Assembly (NCBI GenBank): GCA_043228905.1
Contig: JBHGNT010000002.1
Location: 16,182,001-16,246,000 of the forward strand
From: Azolla caroliniana
Lineage: Eukaryota > Plantae > Polypodiophyta
Direction of reading: 5' to 3'
DNA: 64,000 nucleotides
Shown here: positions 27,074-37,771 of the stretch, piece after piece
How positions within the stretch are numbered: position 1 is the stretch's first letter
Layout of the letters: each line of letters starts with the position of its first letter
Notes under the pieces: generated by a model
Seen by the model: only the letters and a program-made list of their open reading frames with translations
Database searches by the model: none
What the model was told of the DNA's origin: nothing
Position numbers and translations under genes: made by a program

Positions 27074-29354
27074 ACTAAACGGACTGGCCGAGAGGATGAA
27101 CCGGACCATAATGGAGAGGGTCTGGAGTATGCTAACGCATGCAAAACTACCCAAGAAGTTTTGGGCTGAGGCACTGTCGACGACGACATATGTGATAAAT
27201 AGATCACCCTCAGTACCCTTGGATGGAGACACGCCACAGAGAGTGTGGACCGGTAAGGAAGTATCCTACCGGCATCTGAAGGTGTTCGGGTGTCTCGCGT
27301 ACGTGCATGTAGCTAAGAACCGGAGAGGAAAGTTAGATCCAAAGACCCATCCATGCATATTCCTCGGTTACGGTGACGATGAGTTCGGCTACCGAGTGTG
27401 GGACCTAGTCGACAAGAAGATATTCCGGAGTCGAGATATTATCTTCATGGAGGACAAGACGCTCGCCGACTGGGAGTCAGAGAAGAAGATAATGAACTCC
27501 GAGTCGACCGGTAAGGATCGACTCTACGATGAGCAGACCCAACCGGCAAGAGACCGGTTAACACTCGAGGGACCAGCCGGTTACGGTGAGGATACCGAAC
27601 AGGCTGAAGAAGAAGTAGAGGAAGCTGAAACCGGAACCGGCCAAGACCCCGAATCGGATTCGGATGAAGAGGAAATGGAGGAGCCGGTTACCGAAGCCGG
27701 AAGACGAAGATATCCTCTCAGAGATAGAAGGGCACCCCGGAGATTTCCGGATGCAGAGCATGTTCTGCTGACCGATGAGGGGGAGCCGGAAAGCTTCGAA
27801 GAAGCGAAGGATGACGCCCACAACCACAAATGGTTAAGTGCCATGCAGGATGAGATGGATTCCCTGCATGAGAACCATACGTACGAATTGGTGGAGTTGC
27901 CGAAAGGAAAGCGGGCACTCCGAAACAAGTGGGTGTACAAGTTGAAACCGGGAGATGCCGGCAACCCCCCAAGATACAAAGCCAGGATCGTGGTGAAGGG
28001 GTTCCAGCAGAAGACGGGCGTGGACTTCGACGAGATATTTGCCCCGGTAGTAAAGATGACCTCCATCCGGATGGTGTTTAGTATAGCGGCGAGCATGGAC
28101 CTCGAGGTAGAACAGCTGGACGTGAACACGGCATTCCTTCACGGCGACCTCGAAGAGGAGATCTACATGCAGCAACCGGAATGATTCGTGGAGAAAGGGA
28201 AGGAGCACCTGGTATGCCGGTTGAAGAAGAGCCTCTACAGGTTGAAGCAGGCCCCCCGGCAATGGTACCGGAAGTTTGACTCCTTCATGACCGATCAAGG
28301 GTACCACAAGACGCAGGCCGATCACTACGTGTTTGTGAAGAAGTTCGAAGGAGACGACTTCCTGATACTCCTTCTGTACGTGGATGACATGTTGATCGTC
28401 GGACAAGACCAAGTCAAAATACGGATGCTGAAGAAGCCTCTCAACCAGACCTTCTCAATGAAAGACTTGGGTCCGGCAAGACAGATGTTGGGGATGCATA
28501 TTATCCGGAACCGGTCAATGAAGCAATTGTGGCTGTCACAGGAGAAGTACGTGACAAAGGTGCTTCACCGGTTCAACATGTCAGATGCGAAATCGGTCGG
28601 ATCGACACTTTCGGCAAACTGCAGGCTATCCGGTAAGCAAAGCCCGAAGACGAAAGCAGAGAAGGCGGATATGATGAAGATTCCATATGCCTCTGCCGTC
28701 GGGAGCTTGATGTACACAATGGTGTGTACCCGACCGGATATAGGATACGCAGTCAGAGTGGTGAGCCGGTTTATGAGCAATCCCGGCAAGGAGCACTGGA
28801 ACGCGGTCAAATGGATACTCCGGTACTTGAAGGGCACTTCAAATATGTGTCTCCGCTTCGGCTTCGGAAAACCTCAACTTGACGGTTTCACCAATTCGGA
28901 CATGTCGGCTAATGTGGATACCAGCCGGTCTACATCCGGGTATGGAATGACATATGTAGGGGGAGCTGTTTCATGGCAATCGAGGCTACAGAAGACGGTT
29001 GCATTGTCAACCACAGAGGCGGAGTACATGGCGGCTGTGGAAGCCGGCAAGGAAATATTATGGATGAAGGACTTCATCGGAGAGCTCGGTATCCAGCAAG
29101 ATGAATACCGACTCTATTGCGACAGTCAAAGTGCCATCCATCTTGCTAAGAATGCGGCCTACCATTCCCGTACGAAGCATATCCAGCAAAGATATCACTG
29201 GATCCGAGAAAGAGTAGATGACCAGGAGTTCGCATTGACGAAGATCCACACGGCCGAGAACGGGTCAGATATGTTGACCAAAGTGCTGATACCCGACAAG
29301 CTGGATGCATGCCGGAAGAGGATCGGACTAGTAAGACACCCCATGCCGGAGTGA
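27074..29354 (+). pseudogene. pol (integrase C-half, RT, RNase H) of copia J
   Basis: NGLAERMNRT, YKARIVVKG, YVDDML and RTKHI motifs; one in-frame stop at 28182-28184. Confidence 0.93.
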
Positions 29355-30095
29355 CGGGGGAGTTTGTTGGGAGACAAGTCCCTCTGGATGGGAAAGGAGA
29401 AGAACAATGTTGATGAACAATAGCCGAAAAGTCATATTAGTATAAATATGACTTAGGGCAAACTTTTAGAGAGAGTTGTCATTCTTGTTGGTGCAAGGAA
29501 AGAGAGAGAGTGCGTAACTGTGTACAGAGAGAGAGAGAGAGAAAGAGGTTGTTGCCTCTGTTGTAACCATTGCCTGTGGCGAAGATCGTGAGCACAAGGT
29601 CATTGCCTCCATGAATTCACTGTTGTACATTCTCACATAGTGATAGTTTGCAGCCTGTGGGCTGCCGTGGTTTTTCCCTTAGTTTGGGTTTTCCATGTAA
29701 ACATCCTGCGTACTCTTCTCTTCTTCGTGTCATGCTTTATTTCCCGTTTTCTGTGTATGATTCTAAGCTCGGTTGTGGCCAAGCGTTGCGTATAAAGAGC
29801 GTTTAGTTCCCGTCACTCGGCTTGCTCAGCCGATCCGGCCGATGTTGAGCTTGTCTCTCAACACTCCCCCTCAAGCTCAACTTGAGGCTCTTCCGTATCT
29901 TCCGGATCACCGCTCCAGTTCCTCCTGGCTCCACGCCTCGCTCGCGCTCCTCGACCTGTTCGACTCCGCACGCTTCGACCCTTCTGGTCGACTTGTTTGC
30001 TCCCACGACCCTTCATAGCTCCCTTGTTGTCGCGGTGTTGTCGCGGTGTTGGCGCTTCTCCTGCTGCCTTCTTTTCCGCTTGGCCCTCAGTTGAT

Positions 30096-33000
30096 TCAGT
30101 GTATCCGAATCAAACATCCAAACTGACTCGGATACCTCCGATCGGTTTTCTCTCTCGTCCGAGTTGGATGTCTCTTACTTGTCTTCGGTCTTCTCGCCCT
30201 TGACGGCGTCATCTCCCCCATGCTTGGTTGACTTCGGCTCTTCCTTTCGACTGCTCCCCTTATGTCCGCTTCTGGAATCTTCCGCAGGTCCACCTGGGGC
30301 TTCATCAGCCGATCCGAAATCGAATTCGTCATCCGACTCGGCGTCGCAGTCTTCTCTCCCCCTTCCGTGGTCATCCAGGACATCTCTCCCCCTCAAGTTC
30401 GGCACCTCGAGGTGACACAACCCAAGCGCACCCGAGAATTGCCGCAACTTGTCCAGTCCAAGAGGCTTGGTGAAGATGTCGGCGGACTGAAGGTGCTCCT
30501 CGGTAGGTCGCACCATGAACTAACTGATCACCCCGACTGGATAACTAAGATCGGGTCGGGTGATTGTCAAGTAGATAAGACTTCCGACAATTTGTCAGAA
30601 CCACATCGGGTCGCATACCTTTCCGGAATTGGGGCGAAGCTTGGCGGTTCTATCCAGAGGAGTCGAGACGGACTTACAGTCGGCCATCCCGAATTTGAAG
30701 AGCATACTCAGCACATAATAGCGTTGGCTAATCAATATGCCTTCGGGGGTATGGATCACTTCGATCCCGAGGAAGTAATGAAGATCCCCCAGATCCTTCA
30801 TGTCGAACGATGCCGCAACCTGGAGCTTCACGTTATCGATTTCACCTAGGTTGGCGCCGGTGATGACCAAGTCATCAACATATACTAAAATACTGACCAG
30901 ATGAAGTCGACCTTTCCGAATGAACAGGGAAGAGTCCGATTTTGACATTGCAAAGCCCATCCAACGCAGTTGCTGCGTGATCTTCGCGTTCCAGGCACGC
31001 AGGGCTTGCTTCAATCCGTGAAGGGACTTCTTCAATCGGCACACTGCCGACGTGTTCGTTCCGAAGTGAAATCTAGGGGGTTGTAACATGTACACCTGTT
31101 CCTCAAGCTCACCTTGCAGGAACGCATTCTTTACATCCATCTGATGTAAGTGCCACCCCTTTGCTGCAGCTACCGCGAGCAAAACACAGATGGTCGTCAT
31201 CTTCGCGATTGGCGCAAACGTCTCATTGTAGTTGATGCCATGTTTTTGTGCGTAGCCTTTTGCCACTAACCGGGCCTTGAATCGGTTGACCAAGCCGTCG
31301 GTGTTGTACTTGACCTTGTACACCCACCTACATCCAATCGGTTTCACACCCTTCGATGCGTCAACCAGGTCCCAGGTTTCATTTTCCGCTAATGCGTGCA
31401 TCTCTTCCTCCATCGCGGCGCGCCAATTCGCGTCCTTAGCCGCTTCTGCGTAGCTCTCTGGCTCACGCACTGCAGCTACATGGGTCATGTACGTATAATG
31501 ATGCGTCATGTAATCGTTGTATCCAAACCGCACAACTGGGTTCTTCTGGCAGGTAGATCGGCGTAATCGGTCATTAGCCGATGTTGAGGTCTTCTCGGCC
31601 GACGCGGACTTCGCTCTTGAAGACCCGTCACCGCTGCCCTCGGAGTCGGACTCGCATTGGTCTGACTCGTTCCTATCCGTGTCGTAATCCGACACCTTCT
31701 TCTTCCCTTTTTCATGGCGCGTAAGCCGTCTCCTCGGCTTCCTGCGTGGGGAATGCACGGCCGAGTCTCCACTACTCGCTGGCTCTTTATCGGACTGGTC
31801 GAACCGACTCAGTCGTTCATTCGGTCCACTTAACCGAAACGAAATCGGACTCTCTTCACGGGTCCCGATTTCAGGCTCATCCGGAGGCATCTCGGCCTCA
31901 TTGACCTCATCGTCAAAACTCGGATTGGAGGTGAGGTCCGGAGTCGGAGGCAAGTACCAGGACGCGGACTCGTCAAACACAACGTCGCGGCTCACGCACG
32001 CTTGTTTGGTGCACAGGTTATCACACTTATAACCCTTCTGTTCATCCGAGTAACCGACCAAGATACATTTCTCGGCCTTTGCATCCAGCTCCCTCCGTTT
32101 TTCCTTCGGCACATGCACATACGCAATGCTACCGAAAACTCGTAAGTGTCGCAAGTTCGGCTTCATTCCGAAATATAGCTCATGCGCCGACACTTTGTCT
32201 CCGATCCGGTTCTGGATGTATACCGCGGTTCGTACCGCCTCGGCCCAATAGAACTTGGGCAAGCTCTTTTCTTCCAGCATTGCCCGCGCCGCTTCCACAA
32301 CCGACCGATTTTTCCTCTCGGCCACGCCAGTTTGATCTGGCGTGTATCTACAACTGAATTTATGCCGAATTCCCATTTGTTGTAGATAACAGTTGAATTG
32401 ACCGGAAATGTATTCTTTTCCGCCATCCGACCGCAGGCACTTGATCTTCCTTCCTGTTTCCGTTTCCACGAACCCTTTGAGGTCCCGGAAACAGTCGAAG
32501 ACTTCGCTCTTCCTCTCAATGAGGTGGATCCACGTGTGCCACGTGTAGTCATCGATGAAGGAGACGAAATATCGGCTCCCGCCAAGAGTAACATTTTGGG
32601 CCGGCCCCCACACATCGGAGTGTATCAAGTCGAGCTTGTTCCGGCTCCAGTTACGCTCATTAGGGAAGGGAAGTCGGTGTTGCTTCCCAAGCTGGCAAGC
32701 TTCACAAATTTGTGCCTTCCGGCCACTAAATTTGGGCAATCCGAACACCACCTGTTTCGATTGCAGGTCCTGAAGCCGTTGATAGTTGACGTGGCCTATC
32801 CACTTGTGCCATAAGTCGATGTCCGACTCGACTTTTTGTCCTTTCGCGAACATTGTGGTGCCACTATCACTAGAGTTGAGGATAAACATCCTCCCGTCTC
32901 TGCGCCCTTGCGCAATAACTCGGCCTTCTTCCTCGATGAAGCACCCGAGATGCGTAAACCGAACCTGCATCCCCTGGTCGACGATCTGCCCAACCGACAC

Positions 33001-34221
33001 CAAGTTCTTTGTGATTGTCGGGATGTGTAACATGTTCATGAGTTTCCCTTTCTGCCCGACATGGCTTAGGGGAACTTCACCGACATTCGCGATCAGATGC
33101 AGAGTGTCGTCTCCAGTTGCGACTACTCCTGGTTACGTCGGTTTCTCAAGGTATGAGAACCACTCCTCGTGGCACGTCATGTGGTTTGACACGCCGGAGG
33201 CGATGTACCACACCTCCTCCGACTTCGGGGTGATCTTCTTCATTGAGTTTGCTTCGTGTCTCGTCACGAAGACTGACCCTTTTCCGGCTTCTCCAAATCC
33301 TTCGGCATAGTGCGATCGTTGCCGATTTCCTTTGTCGATCTGTCCAGAACCTGTTCCGGACCCAGTTCTCTCCGAATCGGCGTGCTTTTTCCAACACTCG
33401 CTCTCCCTGTGGCCTTTCTTGCCACAATACCAGCATTCCGCAACGGATTTTCCTTGCCGGTTCTCATCGCCTCGACTCCCCCTGTTTCCGAAGGGTCTGG
33501 AATTGTAGTCGACATCACTTCGGTGCCTTCTTCCTTGATCCCATCGGCCGCCTCCATTGCGTACCGACTCGCCTCGTCTGCCACGACCACGGGGCCTCTC
33601 TCCCTCCATGTAGAGCATCTTGTCGTCGGCATGCGTGCTTGTCGACGCACCCACGTGGTTCTCCTCTATAAGAAGCATCGACTGTAAGTCGAAAAATGAC
33701 GGCGTATTTTCCCGTGTACACACAGTAGTTCGGAACACTTCGAACTTTGACGCCAAACCCCCGAGACAGATCTGGACCATCTCGCTTTCCTCGATGTTCA
33801 CATCGATGGAAGCTAAGGAGTCGCATATGTCCTTGATCTTTGAGGTATAGTCAACCACCGACAAATCGCGTTGTCGTAGGTTTCTCAACTCCTGTCGGAG
33901 CTTAAGCTTCCTAGCCGTGGTGCTCGCAGCGAAGATCTTCTTCAGATTTTCCCACGCACCCTTCGGCGTTTTTGTATCCCGAACGTAGCTTAATAGTTGT
34001 TCGCCCACACAAGACGCGAAACAGTACAACACTCTACTCGCCGATTGTTCCCACACCGGCAAGTCTTTGTGTGTCGAATCGGGTGCTATGTCATTTGCTC
34101 CATCGACATAGCTCCAGTAACTGTGTCTGAGCAGGTACTGGTGCATCTTGTAGGACCAAGATGCGTAGTTGGTTCTGTCGAGCTTCTCCATCAGAAGCGA
34201 GCTAGCCATTCCTCTATCCAT
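30096..34221 (-). pseudogene. gag-pol of copia I
   Basis: gag + knuckle CWYCGKKGH 33133-34221; integrase + RT 30595-33039; RNase H mostly deleted near 30490. Confidence 0.93.
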
Positions 34222-35682
34222 CGGTTTTCTTGTTCTTCTTCGTTGGTTTTTCCTTCAAGCAAAGTCGATTGCAGAGGTTCTCAACCCTCGCGCTCTGATA
34301 CCATGAAAAGAATGGCGTGTGGAAGCAATATAGGAAACCGAACAACAGAAAACGCAGGTTTAATGGAAAGCTTAGGTTTGCATAGTACGCACAGGAGAGA
34401 CAGAGAGAGTAAACACAAGAACTTAATTCAAAAATAATACTTGATCTATACATCGTGTGTGTTCAATGAACACTTTTATACAAGTCCTTTTCAGACTGAC
34501 AGAAGTACTGACAGTACTTCAATGCTCATTGAGGAGCCCCTACACTAACTCCCAAATATATTCCTTGCGGAATATCTTTCCGATGGCCTCCCGATTTCCG
34601 CACCGATCCGACCTTCCTATGCAGCGGTCTGCGTACCGGTTTCCAACCGATCCGGCCTAACCGATCGGGCCGATGTTGAGCTTGTCTCTCAACAATAATC
34701 GATTTGCTCGACATCGTTGTTTTTCCTCTTCCGATAGTGGTTCACAACGACATGTGGTGTCGATTTCCATTGGAGTGGGAGTATTTGCTAGAGACGCATT
34801 AAATGACTCCCTTGGGAAAGGTTTTGCCACAACTGAAGCATAAGTGGGCTCCGATCTTGTCCTCGGCATTTGGAACTGACGTTCTGAATGTCGATCGAAA
34901 AGGCGGTTATTGCATCGTACTACACGACTAATTGCTTTTGTCAATGACTTTGGTTCTTCGAGGAAGGTCAATAGTAAATCCTTGACATCATTACGTAGGC
35001 CATAACGAAATTGCTCCATTAATGCTTGGTCATCCTAGGGAATATCGGTGGCGAGAAGACGGAAATCCGCAGCATAAGCTGAGGCCAGTCGATCACCTTA
35101 ACGCAATCTTCGGATTTTGTTGATTGTCGTCCTAACGTTATCGATATCTCCAAAACAAGCTTTAAACTCGTTAATAAACTCTTCAAAATTATTTAACAAA
35201 GGAGAGTTTTTTTCTAATAAGGGGGCGAACCATGCCAAAGTCGTGCCACTAAGTAGCGTGCCTACTAGCCCGACTCGTGATGCATCGATGGGATATCAAG
35301 AAGGATGTATTTGAATCACTAAACGTACCTGATTAAGAAATCCTCTAAACTATGATCGAGTCCCATCAAATTTCATAGGAAGACCAATATTAGGTTCTTT
35401 GGGAGTCCCTTGAGTGCTTGATCCTTCTTGTTGTAATGACACAATAGTCGCCTCAAGTTGTTGCACACGTAGCGTCAGCTCCCCGTGTTGTTGTTTTTCT
35501 AGAGCTACTTGTTGAAGATCTGCCAACAAACGTTGATTTTCTTGTTCTAGCGCCACAAACTCTTCCTTTAAGCACTGGAGATCCGAGAAAACGGATTGGT
35601 ATTCTTGAGTGCTAATCGTTGCCATTTAGTAAGAGGATAAGAGGATTTAGTATAAAGGGAAAGGAGGAATAAGAGGATGACA

Positions 35683-35694
35683 AATTCGGTTCAA
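35683..35694 (-). promoter_or_regulatory. Non-tRNA (self-priming) PBS of element E
   Basis: TTGAACCGAATT lies 2 nt from the LTR and is complementary to LTR 35910-35921, which is ~33 nt downstream of TATAAAAA (35954-35947). Confidence 0.7.
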
Positions 35695-35984
35695 ATTGTC
35701 AGGAATAATACTAAGACAAAAAGGGAATTAGTACTAGAGATGAGGATTAGTACTAAGAGGGAAAAGGTGTAGAACTCTTGAGAGAAGGAGAGAGATGGAG
35801 AGAGATGGAGAGAGAGAGTGTGTGTGTGAGTGAGAATGATGGTAACAAATGATATATTATATTATATGAAGAGAATATACAAGAATAGCTAGGAGGCTTA
35901 AGACTGGCGTTGAACCAAATTGGTTCTCAATAATGTCATGTGTCTCTTTTTATAGTGTGCTTAGAGTACTCTAGACATTTCTAG

Positions 35985-36270
35985 AATGTTCCAGAGAAAT
36001 CTAGAATATACATGGATTTCCTAAGTGAAATAATTAATGAAAACAATATTTTTCGTATTACAATGTATAGTTTAATGGTAAGGCTTCAACCCATGTGACA
36101 CAAGGTCATGGGTTTGAATCCTTTTGAAATGTTCCAGAGAAATCTAGAATATACATGGATTTCCTAAGTGAAATAATTAATGAAAACAATATTTTTTGTA
36201 TTATAGTGTATAGCTTAATGGTAAGGCTTCAACCCATGTGACGCAAGGTCATGGGTTTGAATCCTTTTGA
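35985..36270 (+). repeat. 143-bp tandem duplication in the E LTR, each unit carrying a tRNA-like A/B-box module
   Basis: Units start at 35985 and 36128; A boxes at 36068 and 36211, B boxes at 36111 and 36254. Confidence 0.85.
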
Positions 36271-36300
36271 AGCCATACCATGCTATATTTTTCTTGTATT

Positions 36301-36685
36301 TGTCACAACTGACACTTTGAGGATGACGTCGATTTCGAAGAAAAGAAGACAATAACATAACAAGAAGACAAGAATTTGTATTGGCCAAAGACCAACATGA
36401 CAAGGGTGCTAAAGATTGGTGTTGAACCTAAATAGTTCAACCCTAAGCAGATCTTCCACTTATGTAGCATATGCATAGGATCATGCATGATCGCCCCTTG
36501 GCATACATGTTGTGTGCCACTTAGCGTACATGCATGCATGCCATTTAGTGGTCATCCATTGTGTCTGGTGCCCCATAACTATGAATAATAATAATATGAA
36601 AACATATTTGTCAATTGATGGTTAGAGTGTAAGACCCTTGTTTAAAGGTTATAGGTTCAAATCTTGATATTGACATACTGTGACA
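36301..36685. mobile_element. Solo LTR inserted in the E LTR
   Basis: TGTCACA…TGTGACA inverted termini; TSD GTATT/GTATC (1 mismatch); CATGCA-rich like the D LTR. Confidence 0.8.
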
Positions 36686-36734
36686 GTATCTCTAAGATGC
36701 GAGAATGGAGGTTCAAAGTTACAACCTTAGCAAA

Positions 36735-36965
36735 ACTTGATAACCGTTTTGTCATAGGAATGTCCATCGTAGTAAAAGATTTCTAATGCCTTCATAAACT
36801 TTTGTGAATCTCCAAAAGTATTTGCAAAAGGCACTACATCATTTGCATATAACAAAAGCATAATGACAACATTCCCAATAACAGCTTCTTCCTTTACAAA
36901 CAAGGCAACCATTTTTTTTGCAATTCATCAAAGCATAGACGAAATAGAGTTGGTGAGAGTGGGCA
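36735..36965 (-). mobile_element. Short LINE RT remnant
   Basis: LLLYANDVV resembles LINE RT LLYADD; an upstream QGCPLSP-like remnant lies near 36950. Confidence 0.55.
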
Positions 36966-37121
36966 TCCTTGCTTAACACCAATAGTGCAATTGAAACAAA
37001 ATCTGAAAGTCTATCGCGATTAGCCCATATGCACACAACACAACATATAAGGTTCTCATAGATTTGAGAAATTGCAAGCATATATATTGAGTTGGCACCT
37101 CGAGTTCTTCCATTATCCTCT

Positions 37122-37152
<31 letters not shown>

Positions 37153-37507
37153 AAACCAGGAAAACAGGGCAACAAAAAAAAAGCTAGGGGGCGTGGGGGG
37201 GGGGGGAGAGAAAACAAATGGAACACACACAAGTATATGTCTGTATGCATTTAACATACATAACTCATACATACAAATTACAATGATATATACATACATA
37301 TATACATACATACATACATACATACATACATACATTATGTACATGACTCATACATACACACATAAGGAATCGAAGTATGAGACACCACCATAATCACAAT
37401 CACCATCGCCATACCCATCCTTCTTCTTCTTCTTCTTCTTCTTCTTCTTCTGCTACATTACATCATCTACATACATACATACATAATACCCTCCTCCTCC
37501 TTCTTCA

Positions 37508-37544
<37 letters not shown>

Positions 37545-37649
37545 AGGGTTCAGCCTGTTCAGAAGATTTCCACACAATCTCTATTCTTCTTCTTCTGTGT
37601 TTCTCCTTTTCCTTTCTATAACACAAACCCCTCACGCCTTTGGAATGCC

Positions 37650-37736
37650 ATGAGGTCTCTCTCTCTCTTTCTCTGTCCTTCTTCGTTCACTTCGTGTCAA
37701 TAATATAACTGTAGATTTAAAGTTAGGTATTCTTCT

Positions 37737-37771
<35 letters not shown>

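Larger units (their letters stand above)
19704..29815 (+). mobile_element. Ty1/copia element J inserted in the 3' LTR of I
   Basis: TSD CTCGG (19699-19703, 29816-29820); LTRs 19704-20463 and 29365-29815; PBS TGGTATCAGAGC 20466-20477; gag-pol 20493-29354 interrupted by K. Confidence 0.96.
19303..34694 (-). mobile_element. Ty1/copia element I inserted in the gag of E
   Basis: TSD ATAAT (19298-19302, 34695-34699); 5' LTR 34304-34694; PBS 34291-34303; 3' LTR 19303-19703 plus 29821-29863; PPT 29864-29877. Confidence 0.95.
17470..36732 (-). mobile_element. Ty3/gypsy chromovirus-type (Tcn1/Tf-like) element E; 3' half deleted; host of I/J/K and of a solo LTR
   Basis: RNase H (EADALDFALG), RT ([19 protein letters not shown]) and protease in 17470-19302. 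gag in 34700-35625; knuckle RLCLYCGGWGHIAVNC is split by I. 5' LTR starts at 35697; outer end approximate. Confidence 0.85.

Noticed and set aside
26778-28184. 468-aa ORF with a novel N-terminus
   Set aside because: Chimera across the K/J deletion junction: antisense K fused to the J integrase
36061-36280. Functional tRNA genes
   Set aside because: Acceptor and anticodon stems are poor and the B box is mutated; reported as tRNA-like modules only
37110-37770. ORFs with SLSL/ERER/YIHT runs
   Set aside because: Translations of (GA)n, (TACA)n and (TTC)n microsatellites in the promoter, UTR and intron
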